From an uncultured Methylomirabilota bacterium (GTDB lineage: Bacteria; Methylomirabilota; Methylomirabilia; Methylomirabilales; 2-02-FULL-66-22): a DNA stretch of 64,000 nucleotides. Below are positions 37,788 to 47,644 of this stretch, piece by piece; the stretch's first letter is position 1, and each line of letters opens with the position of its first letter. The notes beneath the pieces were generated by a model. That model did not search any database. It was not told the DNA's origin and saw nothing but the letters and a program-made list of their open reading frames with translations. The stretch is from assembly GCA_963845565.1 (NCBI GenBank), contig CAWJSJ010000005.1, positions 192,001-256,000 of the forward strand. Reading direction: 5' to 3'. The translations under genes were made by a program, and so were the position numbers.

Positions 37788-38999
37788 ACGAGCCGACACG
37801 GTTGGCGAGCGAGACGGACGCCCCGGCGCTGCTCGGAGGTCGGCCGGTGCGGGAGCGCATGTTGCCCTACGGCCGGCAGCAGGTGGACGAGTCGGACATC
37901 CGGGCGGTCGTCGAGACTCTGCGAGGCGACTGGCTGACGAATGGTCCCGGGGTGGTTCGGTTCGAGGAGGCCTTCGCGGCACAGGTGGGTGCGCGGTGTG
38001 CCGTTGCCCTCTCCTCCGGCACGGCGGCGCTGCACGCGGCGGCACACGTCGCGGGTCTGGGCCCCGGCGACGAGGTGATCCTCAGCCCGCTCACCTTCCT
38101 GGCGACAGCCAATTGCATCGTGTATTGCGGCGCGACGCCGGTCTTCGCGGACATCGATCCGGCGACGCTGAACCTCGACCCAGACCAGGTTGAGAACAAG
38201 CTGTCCCCACGCACCAAGGCCATCCTGCCGGTGCATTTTGCCGGACTGCCGTGCGAGGTGGACCGCCTGCACGCCGCCGCCCGGGCGGGGGGGTTGCGAA
38301 TCATCGAAGACGCCGCCCACGCATTGGGGGCGGAATGGCGCGGCCGACGCATCGGCAGCCTGGCCGACCTCACCGCGTTCAGTTTCCATCCGGTCAAGCA
38401 CATCACCGCGGGCGAAGGTGGGATGGTGACGACCGATGAGCCCGCCCTCGCCGAAAAGCTGCGCCGGTTCCGCAACCACGGGATCGAGCGTCAGGTGCGA
38501 GATCGGCAAGACACCTGGCGACAGGACATGGTGACTCTTGGTTTCAATTACCGGCTGAGCGATATCCACAGCGCCCTGGGGTTGAGCCAGCTCGGACGAC
38601 TGGAGGCAGGTCTGCGCCGCCGCGAGGCCATCGCAGCCCGGTACGAGGCCGCCTTTGTGGGGATGCCGGAGGTCCTGACCGGCCCCGCGGAAACCGGGGA
38701 CACGGCACGCCTGGCACCTCTATCCTCTGCGGCTTCACCTGGATCGCCTGCGGGAGGATCGCGAGGCGATGTTCCGCGCGCTGCGGGCGGAGAACATCGG
38801 CGCAAGCGTCCATTACTTGCCGGTGCACCTCCACCCATTCTACCGGGAGCGGTTCGGCACCGGGCGCGGCCTTTGCCCCGCGGCGGAGGACGCCGCGGAC
38901 CGTCTCCTCACGTTGCCGCTGTTTCCCCAGATGACCGACGCAGATGTCGCAGACGTGATCGAGGCGCTGGCGAAGGTGATCCGGTGGGCACGGAGATGA
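37784..38999 (+). CDS. PseC-like DegT family aminotransferase; apparent +1 frameshift near 38695
   Basis: LPYGRQ, SGTAALH, SFHPVKHITAGEGG; HAWHLY...VHYLPVH...LTLPLFP in the +1 frame. Confidence 0.87.
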
Positions 39000-39910
39000 C
39001 GCGTGCCAGGCGCGTCGCGCCATCGCCGGGCGGCGCGCCCGGCTCGGCAGAAGCTGAGAGGCGGCCCATGAGGGAACGGCAATCCTCCACAATCCGGGTC
39101 TTCACGCCCAGGCCGCCCATCCGGCTGGCTGCCTCGGTTCGGGAAATCTGGACCTTCCGAGAACTCCTCTGGCAGCTCGCCGGACGAGAAGTTCGGATCC
39201 GCTACAAGCAAGCGCTCCTCGGCGCCGCCTGGGCGCTGCTACAGCCCCTTTCGCTGATGATCGTCTTCACCGTCTTCTTTTCGAGATTCCTGAACGTCCC
39301 GAGCGACGGCGTGCCCTATCCTCTTTTCGCCTACTGCGCGCTCCTGCCGTGGGGCTTTTTTGCCAGCTCTCTGTCCTCTTCCATTACCAGCCTGACCGGC
39401 AACGTCCATCTCGTCACCAAGGTCTATTTTCCGAGGGAGATTCTGCCGCTGGCGTCGATCCTGGCGGCGGGGGTGGATTTCGGGGTCGCCACGCTCCTGT
39501 TCGTTGGATTGCTGGCCTTCTACCGCGTGCCGGCGACGAGCACCCTTCTTTTCGCGCCTCTGATACTCGTTGTTCAGCTTATTCTGACCATCGGCCTCGG
39601 TTTGCTCTTTTCCGCCGTGAATGTCTCGTACCGGGATGTTCGGCACGCCGTGCCGCTCCTGATCCAGGTGTGGATGTTCGCCACACCCATTATCTATCCC
39701 ATCGGAGTCATTCCGGAGCGGTTCCGGAGTCTGGTGTTCTTCCTGAACCCGATGGCGGGAATCATCGACAGCTATCGATCCGTCACGCTGCGCGGACTCC
39801 CGCCCGACATTCAGGCTCTGGGGTCTGCGGCTCTCGTTTCCGCGATCGTCGCCTGCGCCTCCTATGTCTACTTCAAGAGGACGGAGCCGGTCTTTGCCGA
39901 CATCATCTGA
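38996..39910 (+). CDS. wzm: Polysaccharide ABC transporter permease
   Basis: RYKQALLGAAWALLQP, KVYFPRE, FATPIIYP, LNPM. Confidence 0.9.
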   Translation: MTRARRVAPSPGGAPGSAEAERRPMRERQSSTIRVFTPRPPIRLAASVREIWTFRELLWQLAGREVRIRYKQALLGAAWALLQPLSLMIVFTVFFSRFLNVPSDGVPYPLFAYCALLPWGFFASSLSSSITSLTGNVHLVTKVYFPREILPLASILAAGVDFGVATLLFVGLLAFYRVPATSTLLFAPLILVVQLILTIGLGLLFSAVNVSYRDVRHAVPLLIQVWMFATPIIYPIGVIPERFRSLVFFLNPMAGIIDSYRSVTLRGLPPDIQALGSAALVSAIVACASYVYFKRTEPVFADII

Positions 39911-39911
39911 G

Positions 39912-41159
39912 ATGACCAGCATTGCCTTCGAGGGTGTGTGGAAAGAGTACCCTCGTGGCGGGGGTCGTCGCTCTCTCCGGGAAGAGCTGACCTCCCTGTT
40001 TCGGACGTCGCCTCAGGTCGGCCAGTCGAGGTTTTGGGCGCTCAACGACATCAGTTTCGAGGCGAAACGGGGCGAAGCCGTCGGCCTCATCGGTCCCAAC
40101 GGCGCAGGCAAGACGACCATCCTGAGACTCTTGGCGGGGGTGACCAGACCCACGCGGGGGCGGATCGAGGTCAAAGGCAAAGTCGCGTCGCTGATCGAGC
40201 TGGGGGCGGGCTTCCACCCCGAGTTGACTGGTCGGGAGAATGCGTACCTGAACGGGGCCGTCCTGGGGCTCACCCGACGGGAGGTGCGTCGGAAACTCGA
40301 TGACATCGTGGAATTCGCAGAACTGGCGGATGCGATCGATGTTCCTGTCAAGCGGTACTCCTCGGGTATGTACGTTCGCCTGGGTTTCGCCGTTGCCGCC
40401 CACGCAGATGCCGACATCCTTTTGATGGATGAGGTGCTTTCGGTCGGGGATGCCCGGTTCCAGCAACGGAGCCTGCGGAAGATGCGGGCACTGGTGGAGC
40501 AAGGGGTCACCGTCGTCCTGGTCTCTCACAATCTGTCAACCATCGGGCTCTTTTGCCAAGAAGCGCTCTGCCTGAGCAGCGGGAAGATCACCGCCCGCGG
40601 TGACGCGACAGCGGTCATCAGCGCCTACGTCAACCAATACAGCAGTCTTGAGGCCGACCAGACGGCGGCAATCCCGCACGCCGGAGCCGACCCGGTCGTG
40701 TTTCAGCGGGTGCGGCTCTTCAATCGGCGGCAAGAGGAGACGCACGTCTTTCGGTACCGAGACGATCTGTGCCTCCGGATTCACTACCGATGCGAGGGGA
40801 GCCTTCCCTCCCCGGCGTTCACGCTCACGATCCGAGGACCCGAGGGACGGATCTTCCAGGCCAGCATGCTGTTGGATGGGAAGCGGCCCGGTGTGATTGA
40901 GGGGGCCGGGGCGATCGAGTGCCTCTTTCGGGATCTGCCCCTGGTGCCGGGATCCTACCACGTGGTGGGATCGGTGAGAGGCGAGGACGGCCTCAGCTAT
41001 ACGATGCATCCACAGGTCGTGGCCAGGTTCTCGGTCGAAGGCGATCCAGATGCGTACGGTTGGGAGGACCCGCGCGCGACGGCGTTCCTTCCGGAGGCCG
41101 CACCCGTCGTCATCCCGTACGAGTGGCGGGTTGTCGCGTCTCCCGAGGCGTGCGGCTGA
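39912..41159 (+). CDS. wzt: Polysaccharide ABC transporter ATPase with C-terminal domain
   Basis: GPNGAGKTT, GFHPELTGREN, YSSGMYVRLGF, DEVLSVGD. Confidence 0.93.
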   Translation: MTSIAFEGVWKEYPRGGGRRSLREELTSLFRTSPQVGQSRFWALNDISFEAKRGEAVGLIGPNGAGKTTILRLLAGVTRPTRGRIEVKGKVASLIELGAGFHPELTGRENAYLNGAVLGLTRREVRRKLDDIVEFAELADAIDVPVKRYSSGMYVRLGFAVAAHADADILLMDEVLSVGDARFQQRSLRKMRALVEQGVTVVLVSHNLSTIGLFCQEALCLSSGKITARGDATAVISAYVNQYSSLEADQTAAIPHAGADPVVFQRVRLFNRRQEETHVFRYRDDLCLRIHYRCEGSLPSPAFTLTIRGPEGRIFQASMLLDGKRPGVIEGAGAIECLFRDLPLVPGSYHVVGSVRGEDGLSYTMHPQVVARFSVEGDPDAYGWEDPRATAFLPEAAPVVIPYEWRVVASPEACG

Positions 41160-42376
41160 TGCGGACGGGCCGACCCGCAGACAAGTGGGCTCCGGTGGAG
41201 CCGCCGGTTTCCCTTCCGTGCAAGGGTTTGGCCGTAGACGACGAGGAGATGGCTCGGCGGATCGCCGGCGACCTCCAAAGCGTCCTGGACGCCATTCACC
41301 GCACCGGGACGGACATCGACGCGGTCCTGCTGAGCGGCAGTCTGGGACGGAGCGAGGCGACCACCGTGCGGCGCCGGGAAGGAGTGCAACTCCTCAGCGA
41401 TTACGATCTTTTCATCGTGACCGATGCCGTCTCCGACTTCGGATTCTTCCGGCGGCTCGAGACGCCGCTGGCGGGACAACTGTGGGGCTCCCACGCCAGC
41501 CTTGGCCTCCTCTCTACCTCCGGCCTGCCGGCGATCCCGGCGAGCGTTTGGAGTTACGACGTCAGGTACGGCTCAAGGATTCTCGAGGGAGATCCCGCTA
41601 CACTGGACCGCATGCCCTCCTATTCCCCGACCGACATCCCCATCTGGGAGGGGCTCAAGCTCGCCTTCAACTATTCGGGCGTGCTCCTGGCCGCGCTGGA
41701 GGCCGCGGATCCCGAGCCCGGCCATCCTCCTGCGGACCCCACTGAACTGCGCTCCTCCCTCGTGCGACTCGCGTATCGCCTGGGGGACCTGTTGATCCTG
41801 CTGGAGGGACGATACCACCACCTGCTCTCCAGGCGGCGGGCGCTCTTGCCGACCGTGCGCGCCTTCGAAGAGTTGGATGAGGCGGACCGGCGTTTGATCG
41901 TTTGGGGATACGAGGAGAAGCTGCGACCGCAGGCCTTCTGGACGTTCGATCCGGACGAGACGATGACCCGGCTCTTCCCGCTGACGGAGGAACTTCTCCG
42001 GCATTCCCTCCGGCATTACCTGGGCTGCGCGGAACCGGAGTTGCCCGTATTGCTCGCCGAATATCGGCGCGGCTTTCCGGCCTCCCCTCCCGCGCGTTCC
42101 AGCCTGCGCCAGTTCGGCGCGCGGCTCTTCGGACGACGCGGGTCCGATCGCCGCGAACTCGCAGGCTCCGTCGATCGGTTTCATTACATCCTGTCCGTCG
42201 TCCCGCTGGCACTCCTGGCTTCCTCGGGTATTCCCAACAGTGCTCTCTACCGTGAGGAAGTCCGTCGCCTCATCGGGGGGGTGGCCTGCGCCGGGTCGGC
42301 GCGCGGCGCCTCGGACGCGAGCTGGCGAGCCGTCCGGGCGGAGGTCCTGCGACTCTGGAAAGCCGTCTGCCTGTAG
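41159..42376 (+). CDS. Nucleotidyltransferase-fold (Pol beta superfamily) hypothetical protein
   Basis: LLSGSLGRSE...SDYDLFIV motif; start overlaps the wzt stop. Confidence 0.65.
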   Translation: MRTGRPADKWAPVEPPVSLPCKGLAVDDEEMARRIAGDLQSVLDAIHRTGTDIDAVLLSGSLGRSEATTVRRREGVQLLSDYDLFIVTDAVSDFGFFRRLETPLAGQLWGSHASLGLLSTSGLPAIPASVWSYDVRYGSRILEGDPATLDRMPSYSPTDIPIWEGLKLAFNYSGVLLAALEAADPEPGHPPADPTELRSSLVRLAYRLGDLLILLEGRYHHLLSRRRALLPTVRAFEELDEADRRLIVWGYEEKLRPQAFWTFDPDETMTRLFPLTEELLRHSLRHYLGCAEPELPVLLAEYRRGFPASPPARSSLRQFGARLFGRRGSDRRELAGSVDRFHYILSVVPLALLASSGIPNSALYREEVRRLIGGVACAGSARGASDASWRAVRAEVLRLWKAVCL

Positions 42377-42389
42377 GGGGTCGCCAATC

Positions 42390-43526
42390 GTGGGTCACAT
42401 ACGCCTCTTTGTCCTCATGGATGGTGTCGGCTGGAAGCACCTTCAAGAGACGGATTTCGCGACCCGGCTGTGCCCCTATCGCACGTCCCTCAAGACCATT
42501 TTGGGCTACTCCAGCGGCGCGCTGCCCACGATCCTGTCCGGGAGGATGCCGTCGGAGACCCGCCAGTGGGCCATGTGGTTTTATTCGCCGGCGACATCGC
42601 CGTTCGGATGGGCCGCCCGGCGCGTCCGGTACCCACGGATCGTGAAGCGACTCATGAAGATGAATCGGGATGCGATCGTGGCCGGCTTCAAAGAACGGAA
42701 CCACATCACCGGGTACTGCGAGACCTATCGGATCCCCGAAGAGATCCTTCCGTTGGTGGACACGTGCGCGAAACGCAGTTGGTATCTGCCGAAGGGCCTG
42801 GGAGAGGTCGAGTCCATCTTCGACGTCTGGACGCGCGGCGGAACCGACTACGAGGTTTCCGGGTACCCGACCTCCGATTTCCAGTCGCTGCTTCAGGTCG
42901 CTGAAGGGATTCGTCGCAACCCCAAGCCGGTCTACTTCCTCCACCTGTACGAGACGGACGCCTTTCTGCATGCCCGTTGCGGGGATGTGGAGGCTTTCCG
43001 GGCCGCGCTCGACCCCTACCAGCGGAGCCTGGAAGATATCTGTGCCCGGGCGCAGGCGGGCGGAGCGACCCTCGATCTCGTGATCTTCTCCGATCACGGC
43101 ATGACGCCGACGGCGGGCGAGTCCGACGTGATGCGCGAGATCGAGAGGCTCGGCCTTGAGATCGGACGGGACTATGTTCCGCTCTACGATTCGACCATGG
43201 CGCGATTCTGGTTCTTTGATCCGCAGGCCGAGGCGAGAACCGTGGAGGCGCTGCGAGGGTTACGGTGCGGGCGCGTTCTGCCGGAGGAGGAGCTGAGGCG
43301 GCTGGGATTGTTCTTTCCGGACTACCAGTTCGGCAAAGTGGTCTTTCTGATGAATCCGGGATGGATCATCAACCCCAGCCACATGGGGACGACCGCCCCG
43401 GCCGGCATGCACGGGTTCCATCCGGACGAAGACCCATGGGCCGACGCCATGCTGCTCTCGACGCGTCCCATCCCGGACCGCGTCCGGCACATCGCCGACC
43501 TCTTCGACCTTATGCGGCTGAGCTGA
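42390..43526 (+). CDS. Alkaline phosphatase/nucleotide pyrophosphatase superfamily protein
   Basis: VLMDGVGW, YSSGALPTILSG, TDAFLH, FSDHGM, GMHGF. Confidence 0.8.
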   Translation: MGHIRLFVLMDGVGWKHLQETDFATRLCPYRTSLKTILGYSSGALPTILSGRMPSETRQWAMWFYSPATSPFGWAARRVRYPRIVKRLMKMNRDAIVAGFKERNHITGYCETYRIPEEILPLVDTCAKRSWYLPKGLGEVESIFDVWTRGGTDYEVSGYPTSDFQSLLQVAEGIRRNPKPVYFLHLYETDAFLHARCGDVEAFRAALDPYQRSLEDICARAQAGGATLDLVIFSDHGMTPTAGESDVMREIERLGLEIGRDYVPLYDSTMARFWFFDPQAEARTVEALRGLRCGRVLPEEELRRLGLFFPDYQFGKVVFLMNPGWIINPSHMGTTAPAGMHGFHPDEDPWADAMLLSTRPIPDRVRHIADLFDLMRLS

Positions 43527-43543
43527 GCACGGCGAGCGACGGG

Positions 43544-44377
43544 ATGATCACAGTCGGTTACCATCTCTCGGACCAGGAGATCGCGGCGGCGTATGATCGG
43601 TTCTCAGCGGACCTCTCCATGCCGCCGTACTTCTACCCGCACCTCGCACGATTCGTGGGCGCCGTCACCGGCCTGCGCGTCCTGGATGTCGGTTGCGGCA
43701 ACGGAACCCTCCTGCACCTGCTGGGCGAGGCCGGCGGGGTGGAGCTGTGCGGCCTCGAGATGTCGGCGGCGCTCTGCGAAACGGCGCGGCGAACGCTCGG
43801 CACCCGCGCCAGGGTCCATCGCGGAAACGTGCAGGCCGGTCTGCCGTTTGCACGCGCGTCCTTCGACCTCGTGATTCTCTCGGAGGTGATCGAGCACCTG
43901 CGGCGCCCGGACCTGGTCATTGGCGAGGTGAAGCGGGTGCTTGGAGCAGACGGGAGAGTCGTCGTGACGATGCCGAACGGATCGGCATACGATCCGTTTC
44001 TTTCCCGGGCACAGCGCCGGGGCGGGACGGGCAGGTGGCATGCCTTCCTTCCGTGGGAGCATCCCCGGAAGACGCGACAGCCGATCGATACGGTGTACTC
44101 GTTCGAGGAGATCCAGGCGCTTTTTCGGCACAGCGGCCTGCGGGTGACACGGATGCAGGGGCGAGAATCCTTCCCGTACGTCTGGGACTGGATGTACATT
44201 GAACAGCGACGTCCCCTGCGCGTCATACTGCGTTGGCTGGATCGGCTTCGGCCGCAGGCGGACCGAGTCCTGAATCGCCTGCGCACGTACCGGCGTTGCT
44301 ATCGATTGTTCATCGAACTGCGGACCACGGAAACGGGTCCAACGGCAAGAGCCGCGGACGATCCGTTGCTGCCATGA
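43544..44377 (+). CDS. Class I SAM-dependent methyltransferase
   Basis: VLDVGCGNG, FDLVILSEVIEHL. Confidence 0.87.
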   Translation: MITVGYHLSDQEIAAAYDRFSADLSMPPYFYPHLARFVGAVTGLRVLDVGCGNGTLLHLLGEAGGVELCGLEMSAALCETARRTLGTRARVHRGNVQAGLPFARASFDLVILSEVIEHLRRPDLVIGEVKRVLGADGRVVVTMPNGSAYDPFLSRAQRRGGTGRWHAFLPWEHPRKTRQPIDTVYSFEEIQALFRHSGLRVTRMQGRESFPYVWDWMYIEQRRPLRVILRWLDRLRPQADRVLNRLRTYRRCYRLFIELRTTETGPTARAADDPLLP

Positions 44378-44426
44378 TGCGGATTGGGCTCGGCACGCGC
44401 TGCCCTTCAGATATTCGGGGGGCGAT

Positions 44427-45713
44427 GTGACGACGACCGGCCGTACCGCACCGGCGCTTCGGATCCTGGTTCTGACGAACCTCTACCCGCCTTTCTACCT
44501 TGGGGGGTACGAGCTGGGGTGCCATGACATTGTCGAACACCTGAAGCGGCGGGGCCATACGGTGACCGTGCTGACCAGCACGCACGGTCTGACTGAGGAG
44601 CGTGCGGAGAAACATATACATCGGCGACTGTCGTTCCGCGCCGATCCGGATCGTCGCTCTTTCTGGGGACTGCTCCGAACCGAATGGAAAGAGCAGGTCA
44701 CGCTACGCCGGCTGTTTCGCGAATTCGCTCCCGATGTGGTATACGTCTTCAGCCTCTACGGAGTCTCCCACGGGCTGATGCTGGCCGCGCAGCGGACGAG
44801 CCGTCCCGTGGTCTACGCCTTCTCCGGGGAGTGGCTCGAACCGGCGTACCGGGGCGACCGCTGGCTTCACCTGTGGGCGAACGCTGCGACCGGCGGAATG
44901 AAACGGCACGCGAAGCGGACGCTCGGTCGCCTGCTGAATCGCGTCACGCCCGTCGGCCTCGAACCTCTGGACCTTCGTGGCGCCTACTTCACCAGCGCCG
45001 CTCTTCGGGGTCAGTATGTGTCCAAGGGGTTTCCCGTGGGCGACGCCCCGGTCATCTACTGGGGGGTCGACCTGGCGCGGTTCCGTTCCGGCACCCGCCA
45101 GGAGCACGGCCCGCCCCTGAAGCTGCTCTTTGCCGGTCGCATCTCGACGGTCAAAGGGCTGCACACGGCGGTGGAGGCATTGCATCTTCTGAAGCAGGAA
45201 GGAAACACCGGGGTCGTCCTGGATGTCGCCGGGCCGGCGCAGGAGCCGGCGTACCTCCGCGCTCTCCAAGAGAGAATCGGCCAGACGGGCCTCGCGAACA
45301 ACATCCGTTTCCTGGGAGAGATTCCCTGGAAGGACATGCCCAAGGTGTACGCGGACCACGATGTGTTCGTGTTTCCATCGATCTGGGAGGAGCCATTTTC
45401 GATCGGCCTCTTGGAGGCGATGGCCTGTGGTCAGGCGGTGGTCGGCACGACAACCGGCGGGAGCGCTGAGATTCTGGTGGACGGAGTCAACAGTCTGGTC
45501 TTTCCCCCGGGGGATCCCGGGCGGTTGGCCCAACAGGTGAAGCGGCTGTTCGATCTGCCGCTGCGTCGACGGATCGGAATGGAGGCGCGAAGGACAGTGG
45601 CGCGACGTTTCGAGATTACAGCCATGATGGACAAGATCGAGGCGTTTCTCCGAGAGGTCGTGACGCGGAGAGATGATGCGATCGACGGGGTCCGCGGGCG
45701 CGCGAAGCGGTGA
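44427..45713 (+). CDS. Glycosyltransferase family 4
   Basis: NLYPPFYLGGYE, FAGRI..KG, EPFSIGLLEAMACG. Confidence 0.9.
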   Translation: MTTTGRTAPALRILVLTNLYPPFYLGGYELGCHDIVEHLKRRGHTVTVLTSTHGLTEERAEKHIHRRLSFRADPDRRSFWGLLRTEWKEQVTLRRLFREFAPDVVYVFSLYGVSHGLMLAAQRTSRPVVYAFSGEWLEPAYRGDRWLHLWANAATGGMKRHAKRTLGRLLNRVTPVGLEPLDLRGAYFTSAALRGQYVSKGFPVGDAPVIYWGVDLARFRSGTRQEHGPPLKLLFAGRISTVKGLHTAVEALHLLKQEGNTGVVLDVAGPAQEPAYLRALQERIGQTGLANNIRFLGEIPWKDMPKVYADHDVFVFPSIWEEPFSIGLLEAMACGQAVVGTTTGGSAEILVDGVNSLVFPPGDPGRLAQQVKRLFDLPLRRRIGMEARRTVARRFEITAMMDKIEAFLREVVTRRDDAIDGVRGRAKR

Positions 45714-45764
45714 TCGCGCGCTTCTTTCGGCGTGAGAACTCCGGCCGACCGACGAACGGACAGG

Positions 45765-46613
45765 ATGAGCTATCGGCGATTCGAAGAAGGCGTACGGGAG
45801 TGGCTGAAGGAGGCATGCCGCCAAGGGCATCCTCTGGCCTCGTACTGGGTGCGGGATCACCTTCAGCGGGTAGATTTCGCCCGGCGGTTTCACCTGCCCC
45901 TGGCGCAGGAGTTCCTCGGGCTCCGTGGGGCCCGGGTCCTTGACCTTGGCTGTGGTACGGCCGGTACGGCCGTGGCGTTCGACCTGGCGGGCGGCCATAC
46001 CGTCGGGTTGGATCTCTCGTATCGCAAGCTCTCCTTGGGCGCGATCCGGGCGGCGGAGGACGGCGCCGCCCCACTCCTGATCCAGGCTGACGCGCGCGAG
46101 TTGCCGTTTCGCGCCGAGGCTTTCGACCTGTGCGTGTGCGACGTCGTCATCGAGCACGTGCACGATTACCCGGTGCTCCTGGCGGGGGTGCATCGAGTGC
46201 TCCGGCCGGCCGGGATTGCCATCGTCAGCGTTCCGCATCGCCTGGCACTTCGCGAGCCGCACACCGGGCTGCTGTTCGCCGCTTGGCTTCCTCACCGGTG
46301 GGCCGGGGCCTATGCGGCGCTGCGGCGTCGACGGATGCCTGGGGAGGCGTGGGACGTCTGGCTGGAACTGCCATGGACCATCCGTCGCCGATTCCGCGAG
46401 TGCGGCTTTTTGGAGGTCCGCAGTCCCTGGCGGCAGCCCCGGCGGCCGCCAGCCGAGCAGCGGGGTTTGCGGGGTTTGCTCGCGCGCATCCCGGCGCTCG
46501 CGAGCCTGGTTCGCGGGGTGTTTCGCTGGCGAAACTTCCTGTCGGGCAACCTGACCTTCGTGCTCGCGAAGCCGAGGCCCGACAGTGCACGATACGCCGG
46601 GGACGTCCCATGA
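45765..46613 (+). CDS. Class I SAM-dependent methyltransferase
   Basis: VLDLGCGTAG, LPFRAEAFD, VIEHV, REPH. Confidence 0.87.
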   Translation: MSYRRFEEGVREWLKEACRQGHPLASYWVRDHLQRVDFARRFHLPLAQEFLGLRGARVLDLGCGTAGTAVAFDLAGGHTVGLDLSYRKLSLGAIRAAEDGAAPLLIQADARELPFRAEAFDLCVCDVVIEHVHDYPVLLAGVHRVLRPAGIAIVSVPHRLALREPHTGLLFAAWLPHRWAGAYAALRRRRMPGEAWDVWLELPWTIRRRFRECGFLEVRSPWRQPRRPPAEQRGLRGLLARIPALASLVRGVFRWRNFLSGNLTFVLAKPRPDSARYAGDVP

Positions 46614-47644
46614 CGACAGTCGGGCGGATCAGATTGGTCGTGCGCCGGGCGCCGCACCATGCCGGCGCGTCGGGCTATGATCGCCTGGCAGAGTACCTGG
46701 GCGCCGAGGCCGGCGCGTCGGTCGTGAGGCATAAATTCCCCCCGCGTGGCACGTGGCGGCTGGCCCGCCCCTTTGCGCGGCGGGCAGGCCTGTCCTGGTA
46801 TGGGACGGATGCGTTTCTGACCGAGATCTGGGCCGCGGGCGCGGCGGCGCGGTCGGGCGGAATCGTGCACTTCCTGTACGGCGAGAACAGCTATCGGTAC
46901 GCTGCGGTCGTGCCGCGGGGCCGGGGCCGGCGCCTGGTGGCGACACTGCATCTGCCGCCCTCGGTTTTCGCCGAGTACGTTCATTCGGCGCGGCACCTGG
47001 AACGACTGGACGCCGTGGTCCTGGTGGCGCGGAGCCAGCTCGAAATCCTGGAGCGCCTGCAATCGAAACCGGCCGCCCACGTCATCCCCCACGGTGTGGA
47101 CGTGGAGTACTTCCGGCCCCCCGATACGGTCATGCGACACGAGAGATGCCTCTTCGTCGGACGATGGCTCCGCGACTTCGCATGCCTCGGGGCCGTGGTG
47201 GAAGGGGTGCATCGTGCCGCCCCCCGCGTTCGGTTCACCCTGGTGCTGCCGCCGGAACTGATGTCGGAGTGGTCGGGCCGGCCCGGGGTGGATGCGAGGT
47301 CGGGCGTGGATGACGCGGCGCTCCTCCGCGCGTACCAGGAATCCGCCCTGCTCGTCATGCCCCTGCGGGATACGACGGCCAACAACGCCGTGCTCGAGGC
47401 GATGGCCTGTGGCCTGCCCGTCATAGCCACCGACGTGGGAGGCATGCGCGACTACGTCGATCGGGACTGCGCCCGGCTGGTCCCCGCCGGAAACCCCGAG
47501 GCCATGACCGCGGGCGTTTTGGAGTTGATGCAGAATCCGGCGGCCCGGACGGCGATGGGGCAAGCCGCCCGGTCTCGCGCCGAGGTGTTTGCCTGGCCCC
47601 GCGTGGCAAAGCAGATCGTGGCGATGTACGAGGCGTTGACATGA
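46610..47644 (+). CDS. Glycosyltransferase family 4
   Basis: IPHGVD, NNAVLEAMACGLPVIATDVGG. Confidence 0.87.
   Translation: MTTVGRIRLVVRRAPHHAGASGYDRLAEYLGAEAGASVVRHKFPPRGTWRLARPFARRAGLSWYGTDAFLTEIWAAGAAARSGGIVHFLYGENSYRYAAVVPRGRGRRLVATLHLPPSVFAEYVHSARHLERLDAVVLVARSQLEILERLQSKPAAHVIPHGVDVEYFRPPDTVMRHERCLFVGRWLRDFACLGAVVEGVHRAAPRVRFTLVLPPELMSEWSGRPGVDARSGVDDAALLRAYQESALLVMPLRDTTANNAVLEAMACGLPVIATDVGGMRDYVDRDCARLVPAGNPEAMTAGVLELMQNPAARTAMGQAARSRAEVFAWPRVAKQIVAMYEALT

Noticed and set aside
36743..39910. 1055-aa RfbB-aminotransferase-Wzm triple fusion
   Set aside because: Both native C-termini are present in the +1 frame and end at ATGA overlaps (37784-37787 and 38996-38999); this is three genes joined by two indels
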